Shown here one piece after another: positions 9,952 to 18,958 of a stretch of 64,000 nt of DNA; the first letter of the stretch is position 1; the number at the start of each line of letters is the position of its first letter. Both the position numbers and the translations under genes were made by a program. The DNA is from Candidatus Nealsonbacteria bacterium. GTDB taxonomy: Bacteria; Patescibacteriota; Minisyncoccia; Minisyncoccales; RBG-13-42-11. Location: the NCBI GenBank assembly GCA_026396095.1, contig JAPLXK010000014.1, positions 212-64,211 on the forward strand. The letters run 5' to 3'. Below the pieces are notes generated by a model that was not told where the DNA came from, did no database searches, and saw nothing but the letters and a program-made list of their open reading frames with translations.

Positions 9952-9969
9952 AGAAGCGGTAGGGTAATT

Positions 9970-10509
9970 TTATAGCTTAGACTCTATTTTATTAGTAAAT
10001 TTTTTAATTTCTTCGTCTGTCATCAGCTTAATACCCAACTCATCGGCTAAATTTTTAATTTGCCCCTCTGCGTATTCTTTTTTCTTGGGGCTACCAACAA
10101 CGATCTCCATTTCAATGTGGTATTTCCAATGTTTACTATATTTTACCGCAATCTCTATTCTTTTATAAAGATAGTTATGCCTCTTTTGCCAACTCTTCAT
10201 TGATTTACCCGGTAGGCTTAAGTGATCAAATATCTTAACGGCAGCCTCGTAGTCCGCTGAGTCAATTTTAATTTCCCATTCGCGAAAATCGCTCCCATGT
10301 CCAATACGGCGATCCTTTAATACGATCTTCGCCTTATTTTTGCTAGTCTCATTTACCACCTTAAATAATTTACCTGGCAATATATAAAAAACCGTCTCTT
10401 TATCGTCTTGACCCAGGTCTTTAGCATTTTTTTCTAAAAAACTATCTAACCATTCATACTTCTTTTTAGAAATTATAGCCCTGAATTCTATCTCTATATT
10501 GTTTGACAT
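9970..10509 (-). CDS. CYTH-like domain protein
   Basis: IEIEFRA N-terminal strand (ExExR), REWEIKI, and C-terminal HIEMEIV acidic strand. A divergent paralog of the two neighbouring CYTH genes. Confidence 0.55.
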   Translation of the reverse strand: MSNNIEIEFRAIISKKKYEWLDSFLEKNAKDLGQDDKETVFYILPGKLFKVVNETSKNKAKIVLKDRRIGHGSDFREWEIKIDSADYEAAVKIFDHLSLPGKSMKSWQKRHNYLYKRIEIAVKYSKHWKYHIEMEIVVGSPKKKEYAEGQIKNLADELGIKLMTDEEIKKFTNKIESKL

Positions 10510-10569
10510 AAAATAAACTATAATTAACGGTTATTAACGACTATCCCTAGGTTGATAACTCCCTTAACG

Positions 10570-11136
10570 TTACTTCTTTTCATTTTTTTCTAAAAGCATG
10601 ACTGGGTATCCTTTTTTAATATAATTACCTTCAACGTCTTTAATCCCAAGCTCTTGAAGAAAGCTCATGCATTCTCTTCTTGCTTCTGCCGTGCCTCCGA
10701 AGTCTCCTTTTGCTTCTACTTCCACGAAATATCCTAAGCCCTTAATGTCATCTAAAGCGATTTCTAAATTACCGCAAATCCAGTATTCTCTTTGTTTTTC
10801 TACGGTCACGATTTTTTTAAAATCTAAAAATGCCAGAATCTTTTTAAGCTCTTCGGGATTGGAAACATCTGTCTCGTATTCTTCGGCATATTCCTGATCG
10901 CCGTCCTCCTTTGTGTTTATAGATTTATCGTATTCAAAAATTACCCTATCGGGGTTGGTTCTTATCCTTAACCATTCTACAGGATGAGGCTTATTGGCAA
11001 AGAAATCTCTATGGCAAAGAATATAATAATCATCAATTTGTTTTATTGATTTTATCAGCCTTCCCAGCGCCGATACTTTTTTCTTAATTTCCTCGAGATT
11101 ATCTACTCTTATTTTTATTTCAACCTCTATATTCAT
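10570..11136 (-). CDS. CYTH domain protein (class IV adenylate cyclase / triphosphatase family)
   Basis: MNIEVEIKIRV (ExExK), WLRIRT, LEIALDDIKGLGYFVEVEAKG. Confidence 0.8.
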   Translation of the reverse strand: MNIEVEIKIRVDNLEEIKKKVSALGRLIKSIKQIDDYYILCHRDFFANKPHPVEWLRIRTNPDRVIFEYDKSINTKEDGDQEYAEEYETDVSNPEELKKILAFLDFKKIVTVEKQREYWICGNLEIALDDIKGLGYFVEVEAKGDFGGTAEARRECMSFLQELGIKDVEGNYIKKGYPVMLLEKNEKK

Positions 11137-11179
11137 ATTTTTATTTTTGTCTTTAAAATGTTACTAACCTAAAATACTT

Positions 11180-12169
11180 TTAATGCTTCAATATCTCAAT
11201 CTTTGACTTTTCAGCGATAGCTATCACCTTTACCACTCCGCCTATCGGGTAAGTTATTATTGGTCTTGTGTGGCCGAAATCGACATCTGCAATAACTGGA
11301 ATTTTGGATAATTCTTTTTTTGATAAAACTATCTGATCGAGCAAATAGCTTTCCATTTTACTTTGTTTTTGAAATCTTCCGATTATTAGCCCTCTGACCC
11401 CATCAAATCTTTTTTGGTGGATTAGCGATTGAAGATCCCGATCAAATAATGAGGAATCGGAAGATTCGTCATCTTCGACAAACAAAATTGAATTATTTAG
11501 GTCCGGAAAATATTCGGTACCCTGTAATAGGTTTAAGGTGCAAAGATTAGCCCCAATAATTGTTCCCTCCGCTTGCCCTTTATTAATTACACGCCAACCC
11601 TTATTCCTGATGAGATGTCTGTTTTCTTGATTTTCGTACCATGCATCATCGCTCCAATTCCCGCTAGGCTTAATATCAAAAGGATTATTGCTCATTAGGC
11701 ATTTCTTGAAGTAGTCCATTGAATAATCAAAATATAGCTTTTGTCCAAAAGTAGACCACGCCGGCCCCGAGTAGGTAACTAATCCTGCCTTCGCTAGCAT
11801 GGCGTTTTGCAAGGCAGTTGTATCTGAATAGCCAATAAAAATTTTGGGATGATTTTTTATAAGATTCCAATCAATGTAACGTAAAAGCTGATTGCAATTA
11901 AATCCTCCTATAACCGAAAGCACGGCGTCGATAGAATCGTCGCAAAAGGCGTCATGTAAATCTGTAATGCGCGAGGAGATGCTTGATGATAAAAAATCAT
12001 CGCATTCTTTAACATATTTACCAAAGCTTATATTAAGCCCTAATCCGGCAAGTCGTTCATTTGCAATCTTCCAATTCTCTGCCGAAATAATAGCTATTGA
12101 TCTTGAGGGAGCGACGACTCTTATATTCGAACCCTTTTTAAGTTTTTTGGGAAATTTTACTTTTATCAT
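11180..12169 (-). CDS. LD-carboxypeptidase (peptidase S66, LdcA/MccF-like)
   Basis: IRVVAPSRS, nucleophile motif IGYSDTTAL, and C-terminal DFGHT. Confidence 0.8.
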   Translation of the reverse strand: MIKVKFPKKLKKGSNIRVVAPSRSIAIISAENWKIANERLAGLGLNISFGKYVKECDDFLSSSISSRITDLHDAFCDDSIDAVLSVIGGFNCNQLLRYIDWNLIKNHPKIFIGYSDTTALQNAMLAKAGLVTYSGPAWSTFGQKLYFDYSMDYFKKCLMSNNPFDIKPSGNWSDDAWYENQENRHLIRNKGWRVINKGQAEGTIIGANLCTLNLLQGTEYFPDLNNSILFVEDDESSDSSLFDRDLQSLIHQKRFDGVRGLIIGRFQKQSKMESYLLDQIVLSKKELSKIPVIADVDFGHTRPIITYPIGGVVKVIAIAEKSKIEILKH

Positions 12170-12181
12170 TTGATAATAAAA

Positions 12182-12604
12182 CTATTTCAATTTAACCCAG
12201 AAAAGTTTTTTATCTTTAAGCCATTTTAGGGCTGATTCTTTTAGAATTACCGGTAAGATGTTCTCTTTTGCGAGTTGTTTTTTATCAAAAAGAAAGAATT
12301 GAATATGTTCTTCTTTGCTTTTGGTGGTTATTTTGTTTACTTTAGCGGCGAAAAATAAATTAATTTCGTGATGTTTCTTGTTGTTTTTAGTCCAAATGTG
12401 TTCTGATCCGCCGATAAAAAAGAATTTTTTAATTTTAAAACCCAATTCTTCGTTTAATTCACGCTCCAATGCCTCTTCTGCGTCTTCCCCTGGTTCTATG
12501 TGTCCACCAGGAAAGAAAAAGTATTTTCCCCCTATTTCTCTGCAAACCAAAATTCTTCCCTTGTCTTGAATCAACGCTCTTGCTACTGCTTCAATTTCTT
12601 TCAT
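12182..12604 (-). CDS. NUDIX hydrolase
   Basis: Nudix box PGGHIEPGEDAEEALERELNEELGF. Confidence 0.85.
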   Translation of the reverse strand: MKEIEAVARALIQDKGRILVCREIGGKYFFFPGGHIEPGEDAEEALERELNEELGFKIKKFFFIGGSEHIWTKNNKKHHEINLFFAAKVNKITTKSKEEHIQFFLFDKKQLAKENILPVILKESALKWLKDKKLFWVKLK

Positions 12605-12629
12605 AATTTTAAATTAATAAAATCAAGGA

Positions 12630-13172
12630 TCATAAATCTAAAAGCATTACAATTTCATCTTCTAATTTCCCTTTATATTGGAGCTGTTTTGGGATTTTAG
12701 CTACCTTCCGGAATCCTAATTTTTTATAAAGCGCCTGGGCTGATTTATTTCCTTGAAAAACATTTAATCTAATGGTTTTCGGCTTTGGCCTTAACTCTTT
12801 CTTGGCTAATTTTATTATCTCTTTCATCATGTGCGTTCCCAGTCCTATTCCCCTATAACCATCTTTTATGGAAATCGCAAAATATCCTATGTGATCTTGA
12901 CAATGTGTTCCTTTCTCAACATTTACACTGCCTACGTTTTCATTGTTAAATTCGGCTAATAGACAAACCTCTTCGTGTTTCTTGGTCCTTTGCAATAATC
13001 TTTTAAGCCATTCCCTTTCTTCTTTTAAAGAAATCCTTTTGTTTATTAGAATTCTAGCTCTTTCCTTAACTAAAGAATTGATAAAAACCTGAAACTTTTT
13101 GACGTTCCTCAAGTCTTTTTGAGATATTTTTCTGATTAATATCCTTTTTCCGTTAAAAATTTTAGTTTTCAT
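12630..13172 (-). CDS. GNAT family N-acetyltransferase
   Basis: Acetyl-CoA loop YRGIGLGTHMMKEIIKLAK. Confidence 0.75.
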   Translation of the reverse strand: MKTKIFNGKRILIRKISQKDLRNVKKFQVFINSLVKERARILINKRISLKEEREWLKRLLQRTKKHEEVCLLAEFNNENVGSVNVEKGTHCQDHIGYFAISIKDGYRGIGLGTHMMKEIIKLAKKELRPKPKTIRLNVFQGNKSAQALYKKLGFRKVAKIPKQLQYKGKLEDEIVMLLDL

Positions 13173-13848
13173 GGTTTTTTAAATTTTTAACCACACTAGC
13201 CACCTCTCTTAAGCTCTTTATGATTGCATCTGGCTTATATATTTTTAAAACTTTTTCGTCATTTTTTCTCCACCACCCTTTCTTTTTGTTTTTTAACCAG
13301 ATTGTTCTCATTCTTAAGCCAGTCGCTGCAACTAAATCTTCTGAAAGTTCGTCAGCAATAAAAACCGCCTGATCCGCCCTGATAGAAAGTTTTTTTAGGG
13401 CTTCGTAATAAATCACTCCATCTGGCTTTCTGGCTCCGATTTTTGAAGAAATAATTACAACATCAAATAGATCGTTAATTTTATAATTTTTAAGTATTGG
13501 CATAACCCAGCCCTGAACGTTATTAGATAAAATTCCAATCTTATATTCTTTTTTTAATTTTTTTATAATCTCAACGTTCTCTTTGGGTATAAAATGATTT
13601 TCAATTGTAAATTCAATTATCTTTTTAACCGGAATTTCCTTTTTTGTGATTCTCCTCATGAGAAACTCTAACTCTTTGTCGCTTTTTATTTTTCCCGCAG
13701 ATCTTAAGATATATAGATTTCTCCAAAGCGGAAGGAGTTTGCGCCAATTCAATCCGAAAGGAGCTAAAATTTTATTTATTTTTTTATCCCTATTTTTAAA
13801 ACCGCTAGTAATAGTATAGCCAAAGTCGAAAAGTATTGCTTTTATCAT
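13162..13848 (-). CDS. HAD-superfamily hydrolase
   Basis: Motif I ILFDFGYT (only the first Asp is present), motif III/IV-like K...FIADE. Overlaps the downstream GNAT by 11 nt. Confidence 0.65.
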   Translation of the reverse strand: MIKAILFDFGYTITSGFKNRDKKINKILAPFGLNWRKLLPLWRNLYILRSAGKIKSDKELEFLMRRITKKEIPVKKIIEFTIENHFIPKENVEIIKKLKKEYKIGILSNNVQGWVMPILKNYKINDLFDVVIISSKIGARKPDGVIYYEALKKLSIRADQAVFIADELSEDLVAATGLRMRTIWLKNKKKGWWRKNDEKVLKIYKPDAIIKSLREVASVVKNLKNHEN

Positions 13849-13893
13849 GTTCTTTTATTTTATTGAAAAATTACCTGATGACGCGTAGAAATA

Positions 13894-14442
13894 TTAATTT
13901 TTCTTTAACCATTGATATGCTTTTTTCCAAAGATTAGTACCGTCGACAGATTCCTTATTATTATTCTGAGCTTCTGCAATTGTATATTTGCTTTTACCTA
14001 ATACAACCACCCTATCAGACGATAATCCGATTCCTTTTGGCCGATTAACAAACTTACCCTTAATTATTTGCTTGAATAACTTTGATCCTTTTGACGATAT
14101 TGCACAAATTATATTCTCTAAAATAATTGATTTATCTTTTTTGCCCTTCATTAAGCTTAAAAAATCTTCTGCTTCAAGCCACTGATTAATATAATGCATA
14201 TATGGTCCGGGAAAACCCTTAAGGGATGGAATATTCCACCCTGAGTCGCTCACAATAAGTGGTTTTTTTAAAACTTCAAATGCCTGCTTTGCCTTGTCCT
14301 TAACGATATTTTCAATCGAATCGGATTGGATTTCTTTAATCCTTAATTTTTTCTGGACCAAACCAAAACCAAGCTTATCGGCGTATATTTTAGCGTTTTT
14401 AAACTTATATCTGTTTCCTGTGATATAAAATATTCTTTTCAT
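13894..14442 (-). CDS. Ham1/RdgB-like non-canonical purine NTP pyrophosphatase
   Basis: FYITGNRYKFKNA (TGNxxK) and SDSGWNIPSLKGFPGPY (D.G....L.G.PG). Confidence 0.7.
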   Translation of the reverse strand: MKRIFYITGNRYKFKNAKIYADKLGFGLVQKKLRIKEIQSDSIENIVKDKAKQAFEVLKKPLIVSDSGWNIPSLKGFPGPYMHYINQWLEAEDFLSLMKGKKDKSIILENIICAISSKGSKLFKQIIKGKFVNRPKGIGLSSDRVVVLGKSKYTIAEAQNNNKESVDGTNLWKKAYQWLKKN

Positions 14443-14456
14443 CCCCTTACTCTATC

Positions 14457-14479
14457 AAAAAATCGCCTTTTGGGCGATT
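14457..14479 (-). terminator. Rho-independent terminator after the GNAT gene
   Basis: Minus strand reads AATCGCCCAAAAGGCGATTTTTTGA: a GC hairpin followed by a T-run. Confidence 0.65.
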
Positions 14480-14570
14480 TATGCTTTTTATATTTTTTGG
14501 CTCAATTTTTTCAATTTTTGATTGCATTTTCTTCTTTTTGCTGATAATAATATCTAATAAAAAATTTTGC

Positions 14571-15113
14571 TTATTTTAAGTATTCTTTTCGCAAGATACC
14601 ATAAACTAGGTCGTCATACCATTTATTTTTAAAATACGTTTTCCGCCTTAATTTACCTTCTAATTTAAACCCCAATTTTTTAAACAAATTTTGAGCTAAA
14701 ATATTTCTATGAAGAACGCGGGCCTGGATTCTTTCTAGTTTTAATTTTTCGAAACCAAACTTAAGCATCAAGTTTAATGCCTCTTTTGCTAACCCTTGCC
14801 CCCAGTATTCCTTAGATATCCAAATTCCTATCTCTGAATTTTTGTTTTTTTTATTGATGTTTAAAAAATTAATCGTTCCGATTAACTCCTTTTTTTCCCG
14901 CAACTCAATACCAAACTCATAAGCCATTTTCTCTTTTATGTCTTGTTGAGTTTTTTTAATAAATTTTTTAGCCCTGACAAGATTAAAGGGTTGTTGAATT
15001 ATGTGGGTATATCTTGTAACGTCCTTATTCTTGGCGCTGTTACTAATGAACGACGCATCTGAACTTTTTAGTTTTCTTAATCCAATTTTTTTACTTTTTA
15101 TATATGTAGTCAT
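14571..15113 (-). CDS. GNAT family N-acetyltransferase (RimJ/RimL-like)
   Basis: WGQGLAKEALNLMLKFGF acetyl-CoA loop; 180 aa. Confidence 0.75.
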   Translation of the reverse strand: MTTYIKSKKIGLRKLKSSDASFISNSAKNKDVTRYTHIIQQPFNLVRAKKFIKKTQQDIKEKMAYEFGIELREKKELIGTINFLNINKKNKNSEIGIWISKEYWGQGLAKEALNLMLKFGFEKLKLERIQARVLHRNILAQNLFKKLGFKLEGKLRRKTYFKNKWYDDLVYGILRKEYLK

Positions 15114-15233
15114 ATTATGAAATCTTTATTTATTATAATGGTTTTTTGAAAAATTAAAAAAGTGGTATGGGTGCTTTAAAAAAGGGGGTAATTTGTGGTT
15201 TGATTTTAAAGTTTTTGGGGTTAAAATGAAAAA

Positions 15234-16268
15234 ATGATAGAAATAGACGGTTTAAACTTAAAGGAGGGCGGACAGGTGCTAAGAACAGCTTTTGCTCTTT
15301 CGGCAATCACTAAAAAAGATTGCCATTTTTTTAATATTCGAAGTAACGAAGCAAGTCCAGGACTAACATCTAAACAGCTTGCAGGCCTTAAATCTTTAAC
15401 TCAAATCTGTAATGCAAAAATGGAGGGCGATATGTTGGGAAGCAAGGAAATATCCTTTTCTCCTGATAGGCCTATAGAAGGCCAATCATCTTTTCATATA
15501 AAGAGTGAAATAGCTAACAGCATCACCTTATTCCTGCAATCCTTGATTCTGCCTATCATATTCTTTTCTAAACCCTTAAAGATTATTTTTGAAGGAGGGG
15601 CAACCGACACCTTTTTCTCTCCTACAATTGATTATTTTTCCCAGGTATTTTTAAAAACCTTGGAAAAAATGGGAATTAAGGCAGAAATAAACATCATTAA
15701 AAGGGGTTATTATCCCGAAGGTGGGGCAAGCGTTGAGGCTACTATTTTCCCCTCTAAATTAAAAAACCTCAATTTAATAAATAGGGGTAATCTTAAAATA
15801 ATTAAGGCTATATCCGGCGCTTCCGAGTCTTTGAAAGAGAAAAAAATAGCCGAAAGGCAGATGGCCGGAGTAAGAGAAGTTTTAGGAAAATTAAAACTAC
15901 CGATTGAAGAGAAAATTGAATATTATCAAACCCTTTGTCCAGGTAGCCAGATCTGTTTGATAGCTGAATTTGAAAATACTATAATCGGAACAGATAATCT
16001 GGGAAGATTGGGGAAAAGAGCGGAAGAATTAGGAAAAGAAGCTGCTCTAGAACTGTTGAAAGAATCAAAAACTAATACCTGTATAGACAAACATCTGACT
16101 GACCAGATTCTGCCTTTTATTGCTCTATCAGAAGGAAAAAGCAGATTTTCGGCCTCAGAAATAACCGAAAACTCTAAAAAAATTATTCAGATAATTGAAA
16201 AATTCTTAAACGGAAAATTTGAAATTAAAGAAAGTATAATCTCCTGGAATCCCAATCTAGCAGGTTAG
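15234..16268 (+). CDS. rtcA: RNA 3'-terminal phosphate cyclase
   Basis: IEIDGLNLKEGGQVLRTAFALSAIT (RtcA N-terminal signature) and the catalytic-His region DKHLTDQILPFIAL. Confidence 0.85.
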   Translation: MIEIDGLNLKEGGQVLRTAFALSAITKKDCHFFNIRSNEASPGLTSKQLAGLKSLTQICNAKMEGDMLGSKEISFSPDRPIEGQSSFHIKSEIANSITLFLQSLILPIIFFSKPLKIIFEGGATDTFFSPTIDYFSQVFLKTLEKMGIKAEINIIKRGYYPEGGASVEATIFPSKLKNLNLINRGNLKIIKAISGASESLKEKKIAERQMAGVREVLGKLKLPIEEKIEYYQTLCPGSQICLIAEFENTIIGTDNLGRLGKRAEELGKEAALELLKESKTNTCIDKHLTDQILPFIALSEGKSRFSASEITENSKKIIQIIEKFLNGKFEIKESIISWNPNLAG

Positions 16269-16619
16269 ATGAAAAAAACCGATTACCTTGTTTTGCTCTC
16301 CTTCTTCCTCTTCTGAATCATCACGGATTACATTAAAAGTTTTTACCGCATCTTCAGTTTTATCAATAATAAGCTTTATTCCTTTTTCAATGATAAGCTT
16401 TTTAGCTTTTTCATCTACCTGGGCCACTCCCGACTCTCCTGTGCCTATAACGATCGTGTCGGGATTCAGTGCGACAGCCTCTTCAATATCCTCAACATAA
16501 ATAACGTGGGATTCTTCCCTCCACCACTCCACCACCTCATCTGTCCATAAAACCTCCACATCGTGGTTATATGTTTTTCCGTTAATTGTAATTGAACCGA
16601 ATTTATATTCTTCTATCAT
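16257..16619 (-). CDS. Mth938-like domain protein
   Basis: FGSITINGKTYNHDVEV...SHVIYVEDIEE...PDTIVIGTGESG pattern. 120 aa. Its 3' end overlaps the rtcA 3' end by 12 nt (convergent). Confidence 0.55.
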   Translation of the reverse strand: MIEEYKFGSITINGKTYNHDVEVLWTDEVVEWWREESHVIYVEDIEEAVALNPDTIVIGTGESGVAQVDEKAKKLIIEKGIKLIIDKTEDAVKTFNVIRDDSEEEEGEQNKVIGFFHLTC

Positions 16620-16620
16620 T

Positions 16621-17865
16621 TTAAAACAAGGTTTTTTGTTTTATTAAGCTTTTCTCTTCTCCTTTAGAGAAAACCCTTACTCTTCCATATACTCCATCAT
16701 ATCCCGGCTCCTTAAAAACCCTTCCCTCTCTTACCCTTATTATCCCTTCCGCAATCTCGGGCAGAGTGACTTTTGCCAGTTTTTTTTGAGAAGCATCTAA
16801 AAGAATACTGAACTCTGAATCAAAATTTTCAATCAAATTATTGTATTCTTTTTCAACCTGCTTGGTCCCGGTTCCTTTATTTAAAACATCGGCAATGATT
16901 TCTTCCAAGGGAGCCAGGCTTTTAAAGGGAATCATCCCTTGTGGCTTGAATCCTTCTTCTTTATCAGCTATTGCCTCAATCCTGTTCAGAACCCCTATGG
17001 TCAACGGCTTTCCGCAAACAGGACAAATACCGTTATATTTCTTGGTCTCCTGAGGAGATAAACGCACATTGCAAATCCTGTGCCCGTCATAATGGTATTT
17101 TCCCTCTTCTGGATAAAACTCAACTGTATATAAAAACTTTTTAGGATCTTTGGTCTTAATCGCTTCAATAATAGCATGATAACTCATTTCCGTATCAAAA
17201 ACATTTGCCTCTCTTCCTATTTTTTGAGGAGAATGAGCGTCGCTGTTTGAAATTAAAGCCACTCTTCTGCCGTCAGGAATCCTCCAAAGCATTGCAGGAT
17301 CAGCAGAAAGCCCTGTTTCCATGGCATAAATATATTTTGAATAATCATCAAAGCATTCTTCAATTGAATCAAACCCTGATTTAGATCCGAATATGGCAAA
17401 CCAGGGCGTCATACAATGAGCCGGCACAAACAAGCAATCTTCCGAGGCGTCTAAAACAATTTTTAACAATTCTTTCACGTCCAGTCCAAGAATCGGCCGT
17501 CCATCGGATTTAATGTTTCCAATCAGATTTAATCGAGTATTGATTTTCTCTACAACTTCAAAAGACGGAGCAAAAATTATAACATGAATTTTTCGAACCT
17601 TGTCTTTTTTCTTATAAATGCAGCTTATCTCCGAAGTAAGAATAAACCTTGTTTCCGATTTCCCTTTTTTTAATTTAAATAAACCTGCTTCAGCAGGTTC
17701 CAGCTCTTGTTTTAAATTTTTAAACCATTCCGGATGGGTGAAATCTCCCGTGCCCAAAACCTTGATTCCTTTGATCTTTGCCCATTTATCCAGATTTTCC
17801 AAATCCATATTCCTGGCAGTGGCTCGGGAATATTTGCTATGTATATGAAAATCAGCAATAAACAT
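16621..17865 (-). CDS. PHP-domain nuclease, endonuclease Q-like
   Basis: FIADFHIHSKYSRAT PHP motif at the N-terminus, internal SNSDAHSP, and a CPVCGKPLTIGVLNRI zinc-ribbon-like segment. Confidence 0.6.
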   Translation of the reverse strand: MFIADFHIHSKYSRATARNMDLENLDKWAKIKGIKVLGTGDFTHPEWFKNLKQELEPAEAGLFKLKKGKSETRFILTSEISCIYKKKDKVRKIHVIIFAPSFEVVEKINTRLNLIGNIKSDGRPILGLDVKELLKIVLDASEDCLFVPAHCMTPWFAIFGSKSGFDSIEECFDDYSKYIYAMETGLSADPAMLWRIPDGRRVALISNSDAHSPQKIGREANVFDTEMSYHAIIEAIKTKDPKKFLYTVEFYPEEGKYHYDGHRICNVRLSPQETKKYNGICPVCGKPLTIGVLNRIEAIADKEEGFKPQGMIPFKSLAPLEEIIADVLNKGTGTKQVEKEYNNLIENFDSEFSILLDASQKKLAKVTLPEIAEGIIRVREGRVFKEPGYDGVYGRVRVFSKGEEKSLIKQKTLF

Positions 17866-17923
17866 CGCAATATTGCCTTTTAGAAATTAAGGCAAGGTTC
17901 TTGAAATATTTAATTAAAAGGCT

Positions 17924-18190
17924 TTAGACCTTATAAACCTTGTAATCTTCCCTTACTTTTTGTTCCGTTTTGAGCCCTACCGAATCTCCCTTCTTGGCTT
18001 TCTTTATCTTTTCGTGTTCAACTTCCATTGATTTGGCTTCCTGGGTGAAATCCGTCTCTCCTCCTATAAATCTTATCTCGTCTCCTTCTTCCAGCTTGTC
18101 TTTAAGCTCGATTACCGCCACCCCGATGTGGCCGAAATAATGACTTACTCTGCCAATTAATTTTTCTTTTTTTGAACTATTTTTTGGCAT
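17924..18190 (-). CDS. Small beta-barrel protein (EF-Tu domain-2-like)
   Basis: 88 aa: IGRVSHYFGHIGVAVIELKDKLEEGDEIRF...KKGDSVGLK. Overlaps the upstream gene by 14 nt. Confidence 0.4.
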   Translation of the reverse strand: MPKNSSKKEKLIGRVSHYFGHIGVAVIELKDKLEEGDEIRFIGGETDFTQEAKSMEVEHEKIKKAKKGDSVGLKTEQKVREDYKVYKV

Positions 18191-18758
18191 TTTTTAAGGT
18201 TCTTTTTTTATGAGCGCGACCTTTTTTGATTACTTGGATAAGCTTTGCCACTAATTTCTTGGGATCTTTCTCGTAAATAATCTGCTTTTTGTTTTTGTGA
18301 GTCATTTTTAGCAAATTCTTTATCATGTCAGCTGTTCCTCCGCTCCCTTCTAGGACGGCTGTCGGCTTCTCGTCTTCAAAGGCAATGGTAAATTCATTCA
18401 ATGTTCCCATCCTTCCGTAAATGACAATTATGCCGTCAGATGCTCTGGTCATTAAAAGGTTTCTTCCTGCATAGTCGAACCCGGTATAGACAATCACGTC
18501 AAAAACGTCTGTGGGCAGCTTGTAGGCCCTGACATGGGACAATTTAGAGGCGGCCGGGGAAAAGCCGATAGAAATTCCGCCTGCGGCTTTAGCTGCTTTG
18601 GCAGAGTAATAGGGAACGCCGGTAGTTGCTCCTGTAATTAAAACACAGCCCTGCCTGATAATTTCTCTGCCCACTTCTTCGGCCAATCTTATGGTTTCTT
18701 TCGGGCAATTCTTCAGGTTAGCGGCGCCGGAAACGGCGATTTTTAAGTTATTTTCCAT
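18177..18758 (-). CDS. TIGR00725/LOG-like Rossmann-fold nucleotide-binding protein
   Basis: IAVSGAAN...GREIIRQGCVLITGATTGVPYYSAKAAKAAGGISIGFSP. Confidence 0.6.
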   Translation of the reverse strand: MENNLKIAVSGAANLKNCPKETIRLAEEVGREIIRQGCVLITGATTGVPYYSAKAAKAAGGISIGFSPAASKLSHVRAYKLPTDVFDVIVYTGFDYAGRNLLMTRASDGIIVIYGRMGTLNEFTIAFEDEKPTAVLEGSGGTADMIKNLLKMTHKNKKQIIYEKDPKKLVAKLIQVIKKGRAHKKRTLKNAKK

Positions 18759-18785
18759 AGTGTATTTATTTTAACAGGTTTTATC

Positions 18786-18952
18786 TAAAAAATATATGGG
18801 CAGAAAAAATCGCCCATATATTTGAGGGAGAAACAATTCTTAACGAATTTGACATTTTACCCAAGTCCGATTGGACATTAACCGGGCAGCTGCGTAAGCC
18901 TCCTCCCTTAAAAATTGTTTGTCCATAGGGAATAAAATCCCGCACCCCCTCG
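18786..18952 (-). ncRNA. Candidate structured leader or small RNA upstream of the LOG-like gene
   Basis: Bounded by a sigma70-like promoter (18959..18987) and an intrinsic terminator, ATATATGGGC-N10-GCCCATATAT followed by TTTTTT (18787..18821). Internal helices include GGGAGGAG pairing with UUUCUCCC, and GUCC-AAUC-GGAC. It holds no convincing ORF. Confidence 0.4.
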
Positions 18953-18958
18953 GCTTCC

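Noticed and set aside
13162-13848. Both HAD-family proteins (here and at 62114..62743) lack the second Asp of motif I (DFGYT and DFSGT instead of DxDxT)
   Set aside because: This is noted as a curiosity only. Single-Asp motif I variants exist, for example in haloacid-dehalogenase-type members, and without alignment to subfamily profiles no functional inference is justified.
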